Shown here piece by piece: positions 8,156-21,155 of a DNA stretch of 22,849 bases (positions are counted from its first letter, which is position 1; each line of letters opens with the position of its first letter). A model generated the notes under the pieces. It was not told the DNA's origin and did not search any database. It saw only the letters and a list, made by a program, of their open reading frames with translations. Location: contig CBFFRP010000163.1 of assembly GCA_965644295.1 (NCBI GenBank), positions 1 to 22,849 on the forward strand, read 5' to 3'. Origin of the DNA: Paraphysomonas bandaiensis. Lineage: Eukaryota; Protista; Chrysophyceae. Both the position numbers and the translations under genes were made by a program.

Positions 8156-9380
8156 ATATAAGTGTCATTTGTCTTTGGACCTTGACGAATAAACAGGTAT
8201 CTGGGGTATTGGGCTGCCTGCTGAAGTCAAGCATCCGGGCAGTTCACCTTAAGGACTCAAAAATTCTGAAGTTAGCCGATTTCAGGTATATCAACATTCC
8301 GCTTGCACAATGTGTTTACTTGGAGTGATAGAGCGAAAGTCGTTGCACTTTGGTGCTTGTAGTACCTTTAAATAGTAGAATATCCGAGTTTTAAGCACTA
8401 GCTAGTAAAATTGTTTTCTAAATTAGATTTGTCTCTGAAACGCCTATTGCCATCTAAAAATACCCAGATATTGATCGCAGTTGAAGCTAACGAATTTATG
8501 TTACGATGGCTTCTATCACCCAGACTAGCAGAGCTTAGAAAATATAATAAATTAATTTAGACAACCTCTATAAAACATAGCAGCAGAGGTGATAACGTCT
8601 ACAAAACGGCACACACCCCGGGGTCGACAAAGTAGATACTCGAAATGTCCCTTTCTAATTTGCCATCCTCCATTAAAAAATTCGAGGTACAATTTTTAGT
8701 TGAAAGATACTTGATAGCGAAGGTTACCTCAGCTGGTCTCAAAGGAAATATGCTCAATATAATACAACATCTCAAGTATTATTGCTTGAATCAAGGATAT
8801 GTATTTGGATGTGATAGTCGTAAGCGTTAATTTCATATGGGTATTGAAGCCAGCAAGAAGTCGATGAGTTTACTGCCAATTGCAAATTCTAAAGAATGCT
8901 ATAGTACGCTCCGTAAGAAAGATTTCTTATGTGCAGTAACCAAAACAAGACATGCATACCACAAGCAATAATGTTGAAAGATTATTCAGTGGATCTAAGA
9001 TTGTTATGACTGATATACGCATTAGAGCTACTTATGTTTTTATGCATTAATCATCGAATCTGGAACGAAATGTCAATTAATTACATATTAATAATAATTG
9101 CACATAACTTAGTACAACCTACGTCAATTAATTGATAATGAAGTGTTACGTGTGATGTGTTACTATATGGAATATCTCTTGACTGTTGGTGAGAGTTGAA
9201 AATACACCGCAAGACTGATTATTACAATTGTGTAGAAATGTGTGGATTCGGCATTTGTCAATATATTTGACCTTGCCCATACCAATATACTTTAGAGTCA
9301 TATTGAATCGCAGCATACTATTTCCTGAGAGGTATAGTCACGTAAACTGCAACACTGTGCACATATACAACAGTTAAACT

Positions 9381-10963
9381 TCAGCTGTCGTCACGCTGAG
9401 TTAACAACTTTTGCAGAGACAAAAGTACGGCCTGACTTTCTTCAGCTGCTTTTTTGCACTTTATTTCTGCTTTAGTTTGAAACGTTTCCAAGTGGGAGGT
9501 GCTTACAGCGCATGTTTCGGACGACCGCTGTTCCAAATCCTTCTTACGTTCTAGAGCCTCTCTTTCCAGAGCGGCAACCCTTTTCGACCTAGATTCTGTC
9601 AGCTTCGAGACAACATGGGGATGTGTATCTCCAAGCGTTTGCTCTGCAGTCTCCAAACAAAACCAAATTACGTTTTGTAAATCCCTGGACCAAGAAATAT
9701 TAAATCATATATAATGACATAGAGTGGAGACACGTACCGGGCATATCTGAGCTCATTCGCAAGGCGATCTCTCTCTAGCCCTAGTTCTCTTAGGCCTGCT
9801 ACGCGAACTAGGTCTCGGCAGTGCGATAAATGCTTCACCGCATTAATCTCGCTACTAAACTTCTGCACCATTGCATGTAGCTCTCTTGAAGCCGAGGTGA
9901 CACGCTCAGATAGTAGTGCAGCGCGATGGGAGTCCTGCTTGGCCTTGGCTTCAATCATTAATTTTTCTTGTTCACACTGCTCCGTCACTCGCTGCAAAGT
10001 TCGCATCATGTCACTTAGCTGCTGATCTTTTAACTTCTGCGCAGCTTCAAAATCTGCCTTTGCCATTTGTCGGTTTATCATGGGAGAAAGTGGATCACAA
10101 CCCTGGTCAACACCAGATACTCGGAGGATGTCTCCAGCTCTCCCACTCTTAGATGGGGAAGAAATGGCACGTTGATTTTCTTGCGCTTGGATGCGTTCTA
10201 ATATGGACTTTAAACTATCTAACATGTAATCTCGAAATTGACCCAGTTCATTAGGTACTTCTTTCGCCACGACACTAGCGGTGGAGCAAACACTCTTTAT
10301 ACCGCTTTGTAATGCTGTCGCCTGCTCACGACTTATACCCAGAGTGTCCATTCTTTTATCATCATTAATGGATTTCTTTGCCCTTACAATCGCTTGTAAC
10401 TCATTTTCCAGCTCCAAAATCCTAGCATTTTTTGTGTTCTCAATGTGCATCTGTTCTTTCTTTGCAGTAGCCAATTTATCAGTGGCGTCTGCTAATTTCG
10501 ACCGCAGGGTCGATATCTCTGACTTTAATTTGTCCTTCTCATTAGAATCATCATTCCGCGGAGATAGCAAACACGGTCCAGAATCCTGAGTGTTTACTCT
10601 GGAATATGATCCAGGTGTAATATCGGTTTGCGTGGCGACACATACATTGGATGTAGAAGATTTCGAAGACAAAAAACTTCGATAGTTCTTTAAAGCTAAA
10701 TCCGCTTCGTCAATTTTTCGCTGTAATTTCGAATTTTCAGCTTCTAAGTCACGTACACGGCGTTTCAGCCCCTCCATATTTAGACAGCCGCTGCCGTCAG
10801 CCATCATATCAACTGAAAACCCCCTCTTAGACATAGGAGGCTGGGGACCTTTACGCATTGGTTCGAGTGAAAGTACGTGTTTATTGTCTTTAATCAACCT
10901 GCCTCGATGAGATGGTTTGGTGTTGTTGCTATTCATTGTTAGTATTTTCAAGTTGTGGGACAT
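9381..10963 (-). CDS. Uncharacterised coiled-coil protein, 2 exons (10963-9738, 9684-9381), about 509 aa
   Basis: A 53-bp intron at 9737-9685 (GTACGT...TCCAG) joins the 431-aa and 91-aa ORFs in frame (YAR|DLQNVIWFCLETAEQ). The protein has heptad-like E/K/L/Q-rich segments. Confidence 0.8.
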
Positions 10964-11527
10964 ACTGCAGTGAGTGAGAGTGTCCGGCTCCGACTAAATA
11001 GTTACTCAATAATTCATAAACGCATAACACATAAAATAAACTCTATAACACGCCACAGGGTGAGTTATAGGTACAAGTTACTCTATACTTCCTCCGCCCT
11101 CGTGAAGAGAAGGAGGACTGGACTGACTGTTATATATGGAAGCAAGCAGGGGTGAGATGCTGCCTATACATAATTCCAGTGCGGAGTACACTGTCGTTCT
11201 ACTAGCCGGTAGTCGTACGATAGTAATACAAATACCTCCACTGTATACTGCTGTATACTCAATTCCAACAACAGGCAAATAATAACTGCTGGTCTCCCAA
11301 TAAAAAATAAAAAATGTGCTTAAACTGAAATTCTTTGCACCCCTATAAGATATTATTTCAAAACTATATGACTGTCTATAATTTCAGTTTTCGACTGAAG
11401 AAGTGAGATGACAGAAGAAGAGTGAGACCTACATACCAAATCAGAAGATAATTCATGGCATTTATTTTCAGTTTATATTCAAGAAATACTGAAAACATTG
11501 AGAGTGACAAGGACATCTGGCTATCAC

Positions 11528-13014
11528 ATGGATCACGTTGAACAAGGGCAATCTTTGTCGAATATACCTTATGGAGGAAATGGAGATAAGCTAACATACA
11601 CCGAGGGCCCTAGTTTTGATGGCAGCATTCAGAGCGACTCCGATTCTGACGTGGATGACATCACTCCTCCTACCATAATCAAGCGAAAGTCCGACCTGCC
11701 GAGGTAGTATTAATGCTGTTAATTGATTACGATGCTAATGGTCTTTTTTAGAAAGCCGAAATCTAAGTATAAAGGAGGTATGTTATTTGAGATGTGTGTC
11801 GACGCGGCTGACATTTTTTCAGTCTTTCGTTGCGGAAAAAAGTTCAAAGCGCAGATTCAGACTGGGGTAAGTCTTAGCGCTGTTTGACTTTGCTACAATG
11901 CTCATGCCTACGTGTAGGGTGTGCAACATTATCTCGGATTGTTCGACCTAGAGGATGATGCTGCCAGGGCATACGACATTCATGCTCGAGTAAGATGACA
12001 TTGTAACTACGACGCGTGTAATGGTGGTGCATTTTATGAAATAGGCAACCTTGGGTCCCAAGGCGAAGACTAACTTTGTTTATGATAACTCTGAAAACAT
12101 AGTTCCAGCAGACTTTGTTGCTATCCAGCCTTCAGACGTCAATAAAACTTCAACAGATGTAAGTGCCCACACACTTCATTAAGAATGTTGACTCGTCTTT
12201 GTAGAGTGTGAGTGGTTCGTTGTCAAGCAGTGGAGTGCGTCCTAAAGGAGCACAGCATTCGAAGCGCACGTACGTGGGTATCAAGGCTCGTCGCAAACGC
12301 ATGAGTGAAAACGCCAGTAGCATAGGCAGCGGTCTTGAAAGCGTCTCGCAGTCAACTGGTCAGACACAAGCAGCTGGCGTGACCATTACCCCAGGAGGTA
12401 GCTCAGAAGGACCAGTGTCTAAGCGAATGCGGCATACTCCATCTGGTAAGGAGAAGAATAGTAGTTGGCGTGGTGTTCTCACACGGGATACTTCTGGGAA
12501 ATGTTTAAAGTGGACTGGTCAGTGGACCGCGGACTCTAGTCCTTCATCAGAAGAGAATACATTTGACTTCAACAGCCCACCTGTCGCGGATGAGGTGCTT
12601 GATTCTGACAATTCGTCATCGCTACAGCCCGTGTCTGGAGTATATTCGGGGAGCTACATGGCACAAGGCTCCGTCCGTGTATCGGACGTGAAGTTTATGG
12701 TGCATTTTTTCCCGGCGGAGTCTGATGTGCCTGGCAAAGCATCACAGGATGAGTTTTTTGTGGTTGGGAAAGGGGATTCGCAGTTTGGCCCTTTCGTTTT
12801 GCGTGGCAACTACAACTCCACGACACGATCGCTGGAAGCGAACAGAATGCCGGTTGCGCCGGGGGATCCCATGTTGTCGGCCTCCGTGGAAGAGTTGAAG
12901 AATATACTTGCACAAGAGCCATCTAAACATTCCCCGGCTGCATCTGCACAAAATGCTGAGGAATCACGGCCAGGATCTATCGCGTCTTACGTTGCTAATG
13001 AGGTGCATGTATAA
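11528..13014 (+). CDS. AP2/ERF-domain DNA-binding protein, 6 exons (11528-11703, 11752-11777, 11823-11866, 11918-11989, 12045-12158, 12205-13014), about 413 aa
   Basis: Five GT-AG introns of 45-55 bp give an in-frame AP2 domain: SKYKGVFRCGKKFKAQIQTGGVQHYLGLFDLEDDAARAYDIHARATLGPKAKTNF. Confidence 0.92.
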
Positions 13015-13428
13015 GATTGAACGAGCTGTGTGTGCGGGTAACTGTAAGGTTCTCTATGTGAATAATGTGAATTTTGCTATAATAATTCATAATGAAATGA
13101 CTAACATCTAGTACCCTTCGAAATGTTAGAATATTGAAAGTATATTCATACCACTATGCTCATGCAAGAACTACGCTACGGTATTGGGTCATTCAAAACC
13201 AAAGATAAAAGCTTATGTTACCACAAATCAAGGTTGGTAACAATGTAACAATACTATTGTTAGATCGCGTTCAATCGACACTATTGCAATAGAGTAGTAT
13301 CATTAATCAGTAAGTAATCACGTAATCACAGCAGTAGATTTCATTTTGGTACTAGTCGTCTTAAATGTTAAATAAATACCAAACCCACTTCGCTGGCTAC
13401 TGCTTAGCTAATCATTTCTTTCCGTTTC

Positions 13429-13721
13429 TGTTGGGAAATGCTCATTTTACTTAGATCAAAGAGAGATTAAGTTGTTAGACTAGATAGATTTATTAATATC
13501 GTTTACACAAATTGTGTTAAACAACACAAGCTCGTTTTGTGCCATGCATAAATCACTACTTCTGTAGACCTTTCGCTACTAAACATATCTTGAAAGAGCA
13601 AACTATTTCAGTTTTCTCAATATCATAACAGCATCTACACATCACCATACTTCACTGTATTCTCGTACATTGTCTTCAAGTACCACATTGAATATACTAG
13701 GATACAGTCCATATTCTAATA
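13429..13721 (-). repeat. 3' LTR of Copia-C
   Basis: Direct repeat of 18593-18885; element-sense termini TATTAG...CCCAACA. Confidence 0.97.
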
Positions 13722-13730
13722 CTCCCACTC
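13722..13730 (-). promoter_or_regulatory. Polypurine tract of Copia-C
   Basis: GAGTGGGAG abuts the 3' LTR. Confidence 0.85.
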
Positions 13731-13894
13731 AATGTAGAATGCAGTGATACGAAACAACAATGAGTACAGTGATCTTCATGCTATAAACTAGTCTCATAGG
13801 TAAAATAGATGTGAAATCTTATCAAGATACATATATAACTAGCAGTCAACTAGATATATAGTTATGTGGGATTCTCACCCACTAAAACACACCT

Positions 13895-16800
13895 TTAACC
13901 TCTTCGGGGTCGCTTCTTCTGCTGCTCCTCAACTCTGGTTGACACACTTCTCTTAACCCCGGTAATAGTTTTCTCATGACGACTGAAAAGTTTCGTTGAC
14001 AATGCCTTCGTGAAAATATCAGCCGCCATATCATCCGTCGACACATGAATCAACTTTGCCGTAGGAAATTTTCCATTTACATGCTCTCTCACCCAGTGAT
14101 ACTTGATGTCTATATGCTTCGACCTCTTATGATACACAGGATTCTCGGAGAGATCTTTCGCACTCTTGCTATCCATAAAGAATGGAGTCGGCTTCGCAAC
14201 TAAGAGCCCGAGCTCCTTGAACACCCCCCGAAGCCACACCAGTTCTTGCATAGCCGCATACTCCGCCATATATTCAGATTCCATGCTCGAAGTTGCAACT
14301 GTGGTCTGTAGTTTAGACTGCCAGGCCAATGCGCCTGCACATAAGAACACAATGTATCCTGTTGTCGATCGCCGAGTCAGTCTATCACCAGCCCAATCTG
14401 AATCACTGAACACATGTAAGTCGAACTCACTCCCACTGAATCTGATGCCCTCATCAATTGTTCCACGCAAATATTTCAATAAGTGAATCGCCAGTTTGCA
14501 CGATGCATATGTCGGACAACTACTAAATCGAGACAATAACCCCACTGCATAAGCCAGATCAGGTCTAGTATGCATTGCTAGATACAACACTGCTCCAATA
14601 ATTTGCCGATACGGAAATGAGTCAACCCACTGCTTCTGCTCCTCCGTAAGTTCACGTTCCTCTGCCAACAGATCCTGAACATTAGTAGGTAGTGGGGCCT
14701 CCTTATTCTTACTACTCTTTCCCATAACTGAGCTGAATTTCTTGATAATATTCTTAGCATACTCAGATTGATCTAACATATACCAATTTTCTCCTCTGGT
14801 TATCCTGATGTTCAGAAATCGCTTACACACTCCCAGATCATGCATCTCGAATGTTTCACAGAACCTACGCTTTACGCTTTCCAAGTAAGTCAGATCAGCG
14901 GATGCAATTATGATATCATCAACATATATCAATAATAAATGCAGTTTTCCGTTACTCCATCGCATATACAAACACGTATCCAAAATACACGGAGTAAAAT
15001 GCAATGATTTAATAAACTTGTCAATATGTTTATTCCACTGTCGCGGTGAAGATCGCAGTCCATACAATGCCTTGATTAGTTGAAAACACCATCCAGCTAG
15101 TAATTCCTCATCTGGTGGAGGTGCCATATACACGTCATCCTCCAGATCTGCATAGCAAAATGCGGATGATACATCTAATTGATGCACATGCATCTGTAAC
15201 ATAAACGCAATCGCTAACACTAGTCTAATGGTTATACCCTTAACCACTGGAGCGAAAGTGGACGGCTCCTCCTCCTTCTTCTCTTGGAGATTTCCTAATG
15301 CCACTAGCCGAGCCTTGTACTTTACTATATTCCCTAGTATGTCTCGCTTCACCGTATATGCACATATTTCGCTCTAACTAATTTCACTCCGCTTGGAATT
15401 TTCACGATCTTCAAGACACGTCTTTTCAGCAATGATGTCTTCTCCACCATTCGAGCTTTTCTCCATTGTTGATACTGTGGAGATCTCTCTGCCTCGGCAT
15501 ATGAATTTGGTATCTTGATATCTTCTGTCTCTGCATGGTTAAGATCAATATTATGCGCATCCGGTACTTCAACCATATTAATCTCTCCTAAAACTGACGC
15601 GTTTGCCAGTCTCCGCTGCAGCCGTTTGCGTCGGACCCGACCATCACCATCTAGTTCAATCGGTCGACGAGGTATATAAGAACCCGTACCTTGCTCATCC
15701 TGAGCACGCACATCGTGCGTTGTGGGAGGAGCCCCGCTCACAACCCCAGACTCATAGTCTTCAGAGGTCTGCAACCTCACAGCTGTCTCCTGACAGGTTG
15801 GGTCAGGACTCTCCTGTAACCCTCCAGGTCTTCCCTGGTCCAGCACCCTGGCTGGCATAGTACTCAGGGCGTCCCCCTTTCCTATATATCCGGTATTCCC
15901 GGGAGTTTCTGCAGTCATTCGCACTACGTCCTCGACGTGAATCGGCACCCGGTGCTCGATATGCTTCCGACCTGCAGTTACCAGAGATCGATAGGCTACT
16001 ATTACCCCCTTTCGTTCTACTACTCTCGTGGTCTTGTAGAGAAGACCATCCTCATCATCAATATGATATGTACCTTCTAAGCCCGCATAGTCAGACACAA
16101 TTTTCGGTCTCTCGGCCTCCTTCACTCGAAGAGCATCTATCTCAGCGAAATAGCTCTCCGAGCGTGACGGTATGGACTCATCAGTTAATACATGTACCGA
16201 CGTGACGACCCTATCAGTCGCAGGTAGATATACATCATATCCTACCTTTTCATCTGAATATCCTATCAGATATCCGATAAGGGCCTTGTCGTCCCAGTCT
16301 TTCCGTCGATCCGCCTTTGTAGTGAGGACATACGCACGACACCCCCATACTCTGAGATATTTCAGGTTGGGAGCCTCACCAGTCAAAAATTCAAGAGGGG
16401 ACATATACCCCTTCGCTGTCTTTGTAGGCAATCGAATTAATATGTACCTGGCTGCCATGTAGGCATCTAGCCAAAACTGTGAAGGCAATCCTGACTGAAT
16501 CAGCATCGCTAATGTCATCTCACCACAGGTCCTGAATTTCCGCTCCTCAATCGCGTTCATCTCAGGAGAGTCCGTAGAGCTCCACGTATGTTGATAGCAA
16601 CCCTGTGACCTAAGATATTGTCGCAGCTCATCACATATTAGCTCCCCTGCTCCATCTGCATGGTAATGATGCATTTCTAATTTGTACCTTTTCACATCTC
16701 CTTCAAAAATCTTCTTGAAAACCTGCAGTACCGATGACCCAGTCCTATGAACAAGCCCTTCCGACCAGAACATCCGACTGGCATGGTGTGTTAGTTTGAG

Positions 16801-18609
16801 CACATATATTTCCCCTCCTCGAGCTGGACAATTTAAGTATACTGCTATATCGGCCGAGAAATTTGGACGAACGGAGTCCTCATCCTTTGTCCGAAAACTT
16901 ACTCTGGTGATCTTCGCCCTGGCGCATACATCACATAGACACTGTTCTTTGGAAACACGTTTCGAGAGATGTTTTCGTTTCAGTCCAGTCCCAATAATTA
17001 GCATTCTTTTGTGGGCTTCTACCAACGCATGCTTGTTAAAATGACCCGCTCTCCTATGTAACAGCTCCAGTTCATCCTCACCCGTACGGTCACTGAGATT
17101 TACTTCTGAATCACTGGATGTCGATACGTCTGGAAGCTCCAATAACTGCTGTGTTGGCACAGCAGTCATTCCATTCTTCATAGGTCCCTCCAACACCAGC
17201 TCATCCGTATTTCTGTCATATATCTGTATACCATACCATACAGTAAATCGATATCCCATATCGTTCAACTTCCGTCCAGAACAAAGACACCGATTTATCT
17301 GACTTGATACCTCAATGTTCTTCCATGCTCCACGGGAACCTACACTCGTGACGCATATCTCTGACCCTTTTTTCGAACCATTAATAACCTTTGATGTGTG
17401 CATATGACTATCAAGTATATTCACATCATTTATCAAAAACATTGATGACGAACAACAGGTATCAATGTATGTATAGTGAATATCCTCATGCACACTACTG
17501 CATATATTCGTCTCATACACATTACATGACAAGTGATACTCTTCCTGTTGCTCGATCATATTTGCTTCGTCTTCGTCAGACAAATCCGCTGGCTCTCCAC
17601 GCCTGATGTTTTCAACTGTAAGTAGTCTTTTGTCTGGTTTCCTTCCATCTTGAAACCTCACAGCCTTGCTCTTGCTTTGCGAGTACTTCTTTTTCGATGC
17701 TGGACAATCGATGGCAAGATGTTCCTTTGACTTACAATTTCTGCACCCAGTATATTCGGCACTTCCAGGTCGCTGCCCTGTAATCTCTGTATCCTTCTTC
17801 ATCGGCTTCTTCTTACCGTTGTTCTTCTTACGATGATCCCTCTCTCTGCGATATCGTTTCTTACTGTCTATCAGGTTCAGCTCCTCCACTCTTTTACGCT
17901 TCTTCTCCAACGCTTCCTTCCCAGCCATAGTATCATCATAGCCTTCTATCTTACGTGATACAGTTACATAATTAACATCATCATCCATCAAGTATAATCC
18001 AACTCTCAGTTGAGCATACTCTTCATTGAGCAAGCCTTCTCGTAGTCGACTTGTTTTTGATACCTCCGAGATATCCTGCTGCTGCTCCTGTAGTTCCTTC
18101 AGCAGTAGTTCGAACCGTAGTACGTAGTCCTTCGCCGTCTCCTCCGGACGCATACGGAAAGAACCATATTGAGTTAAGAGGTCACTGATCCTATTTTGCT
18201 TCCCTCCAGCAAAACACTTCTTCAACTCATCAATCATTACATGTGTTTTGAACCTGTTTACACCACTCCCTTCTGCCTTGAACGCTTTGTGGGTAAGATG
18301 GAATTTACGCAGCGCTTTCGGGGAATGCTGCACCGCATCCCTGCAGTAAGAATAAGCTATGGCGTTCGCCTTCCAATACCTCTTCACAGCCTGTCTGTAC
18401 GCCTTCTCCTCCATCAACGTAAGTGGCTGCTCCCCGAAGTCGCTCTCCTTAGGTGGCAGTTCCACCGCTACCTCGCTTTGTTCCTTCCTCATAAGGAATG
18501 TCTCGAAGTCCTCAATCCATTGTTCAACGTTAGTCTCGTTGAACTGAGGAACTACTCCTCTATCCTCCTTCTCTCCTCCTCGCTCGCTACCATGTTGGGA
18601 AATGCTCAT
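13895..18609 (-). CDS. Gag-Pol polyprotein of Copia-C, with a 2-bp insertion frameshift at about 15355-15359 (start of RT)
   Basis: ORFs 15349-18609 plus 13895-15352, collinear with Copia-B. It reads CAT-AT-ACG-GTG where B has CAC-ACG-GTG. Confidence 0.95.
15699..15868 (-). other. Candidate cis-acting structured RNA element within the IN-RT linker of Copia-C
   Basis: Gap-free 170-nt homologue of 4301-4470 with compensatory substitutions. Confidence 0.7.
18582..18592 (-). promoter_or_regulatory. Primer-binding site of Copia-C
   Basis: TGGTAGCGAGC adjacent to the LTR. Confidence 0.85.
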
Positions 18610-18885
18610 TTTACTTAGATCAAAGAGAGATTAAGTTGTTAGACTAGATAGATTTATTAATATCGTTTACACAAATTGTGTTAAACAACACAAGCTCGTT
18701 TTGTGCCATGCATAAATCACTACTTCTGTAGACCTTTCGCTACTAAACATATCTTGAAAGAGCAAACTATTTCAGTTTTCTCAATATCATAACAGCATCT
18801 ACACATCACCATACTTCACTGTATTCTCGTACATTGTCTTCAAGTACCACATTGAATATACTAGGATACAGTCCATATTCTAATA
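18593..18885 (-). repeat. 5' LTR of Copia-C (contains the gag ATG at 18609)
   Basis: Direct repeat of 13429-13721. Confidence 0.97.
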
Positions 18886-20405
18886 GTTTCTTAATTATTG
18901 ACATATAACCAATATCAGCTTCATTATCCTACGTGTTGTAGTAATAATCACTGTCTAAACATTGACTTATATTTGTCTAAGAACACTGATTGCAAAATAT
19001 TGCGAGCTACTTCAACGAAATCATTATTGATAGAATTTTAAGCCAACCCAGCAATCAATATATTTTACAATATATTCCAATATTTTATCATTAGCGATTT
19101 CTCCCACTACATGTCCTAATCTTCCTTGAAGCAGTAGTACTATATTGCATGCTGCATGCCTTACTTATGTTTGATATCTCAACTACTCTACCTACGTTAG
19201 ATGCAAGATCAGGGGAAAATAGAATACCTAATCACGGATGTCACAAGTCAAATATTTTGCATTTAATAGATTGTTACCGAGCCCTGTTACCAACCAAGTA
19301 CACCAGGGATAGGGGACAAGATATTGTATTGCAGTACCGGCCAGATTTCTAAAAGCTAAATACAGACTGTTGTAGCCGGATGCAAGCTTAATTCAAAATA
19401 TTTTTCATGGATATGATGATGTAGACGTCACGATAATGGTTCAGAGGATGCGTATGAGGAAAATAGTTACTAGCCAAGCAGTAGAAGTTTCATTGCCATG
19501 TGACTTGAATGGCTAGTACTCATAAAGAAATCTTCGGAGGGGTTTACTTACTGATTAATGATGCTAATACATTGCAATAGTATAATTGGGCCGGTTGAAA
19601 AACTTCATCAATATTAATAACGGAGCGAACGCTACTTAACAATTTCCCTGGGGTATAGTACATGTTTAATTGGAGTCGTATTGCTAATGTGTATTCCTTA
19701 CTATTAATTACAACTAAAACTGTAGCACGTAATAAGCTACTGATAACTGATACTACTATATACTATATATCTATACATCAATGGTATTGTTGGTCCGATT
19801 GGAAACATACTGCAATATTCTTACTCATGGGAAAGTGGCTTACAATTAGTATTGCAAAATATTGTACCTTTATATATCGTTATCCACTTCAGAGAAAAAA
19901 GAACACAAAACTATAATATACTCGGAAAATGGGGTGCTGCTATAAAGGTGATGATAACAGCACTACAACTCAAACAAGTCAACACATGAAGAGAATCTCA
20001 TTTAACTTCAAGTATACAGCACCAACCGGTCAGGTGGAATACACAAAGAGAAGTAAACAAACGCCATACGATATATAAAACACTCAGTTACGTGTCCACA
20101 TGGTTGCCATATTGGAACCATACAGTGATGCGGAAGCGGAAGATCTCATAGGCTATCTTTTGATTGCACCTCACCATGCGGTTCACACACACCTTCAGAA
20201 TACATAACTACACTACCGTATACCTTAATATACTGCATCAGAATTAAGGTTAAACTGAAAATTGTATAAGGCCATTCAAGATGCTCTGAAAAAGGTCTGG
20301 TTTGATGGTTTTTTAGCTGTATGAGACGAGACTTATATATGAGCGCAGAGCCGCGCAGTGATTCCACAGTGCAGTCGAGACTATTATAGAAAGAAAGACC
20401 TTAAG

Positions 20406-21155
20406 ATGCCTCACGTTTCGTTTCGAACCAACTGTAAGTAGTACCGTCACCCAAGTTGATAGTTCTGGTGTTTAATAGCTTTCATGTGATGTTCAGACCG
20501 CAAAACCTTCAGGACAGTTCGTCGTCCTTACGAGAAGGAGCGTCTCGACCAGGAGCTCAAGCTCTGTGGTGAGTACGGCCTTAGATGCAAGAGAGAGATC
20601 TGGCGTGTACAGCTCGTTCTGTCTAAAGTTCGTAAGGTGATATACGCTTCTTATGGTTTGATTTACTGTTAATTATATATATCAGGCTGCTCGTAATTTA
20701 TTGACTCTTGACCCCAAGGATCCCAAGAGACTTTTCGAGACCCCTCCTCTCATTCGTCGTCTTAAACGCTATGGGTTATTGACTGATGAGGAGAACTCTC
20801 TTGATGACATCCTCAAGCTTACCACCCAGCGATTCATGGAGCGCAGGCTTCAGACCAAGATCTTCAAGCAGGGTCTGGCCAAGTCTATCCACCACGCCCG
20901 TGTGCTCATCAGACAGAGACATATCAGGTACAACTTATTAATCTGTACTAGAACTTTTTAATTGTGTTTGATCAACCTAGGGTTGGCAAGCAGGTTGTCA
21001 ACGTGCCTTCGTTTTTGGTGCGTATCGACTCAGAGAAGCACATCGATCTCGCTGTGAACTCCCCCTATGGTCAGGGCCGCCCTGGTCGTGTTGCTCGCAG
21101 ACGCGCTGCTCAACGTGCTGCCGCTGAAGGAGGAGGAGATGACGAGGATGTGTAA
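20406..21155 (+). CDS. RPS9: 40S ribosomal protein S9 (uS4), 4 exons (20406-20433, 20497-20636, 20686-20927, 20981-21155), 194 aa
   Basis: The spliced product contains [68 protein letters not shown] and GRPGRV. Introns are 63, 49 and 53 bp. Confidence 0.97.

Larger units (their letters stand above)
13429..18885 (-). mobile_element. Copia-C: full-length Ty1/copia LTR retrotransposon (5457 bp), sister subfamily of Copia-B
   Basis: Two 293-bp LTRs identical by eye, TSD GTTTC at 13424-13428 and 18886-18890, PBS, PPT and a complete domain set. Confidence 0.98.

Noticed and set aside
8198-8470. Possible structured ncRNA or hammerhead (12-bp IR TATCTGGG(G)TATT, GAAA-loop hairpin, CTGCTGA)
   Set aside because: No complete ribozyme core or snRNA/tRNA/SRP motif could be assembled, and there is no second copy for covariation.
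15349-15360. Programmed ribosomal frameshift between the 1086-aa and 485-aa ORFs
   Set aside because: Copia-B is continuous here. The difference is a simple AT duplication inside RT with no slippery heptamer.
18891-20400. Short ORFs and a 9-bp IR (TACTAGCCA/TGGCTAGTA) upstream of RPS9; also searched for tRNA/snoRNA
   Set aside because: AT-rich intergenic sequence with no coding signature and no convincing RNA-gene motifs.
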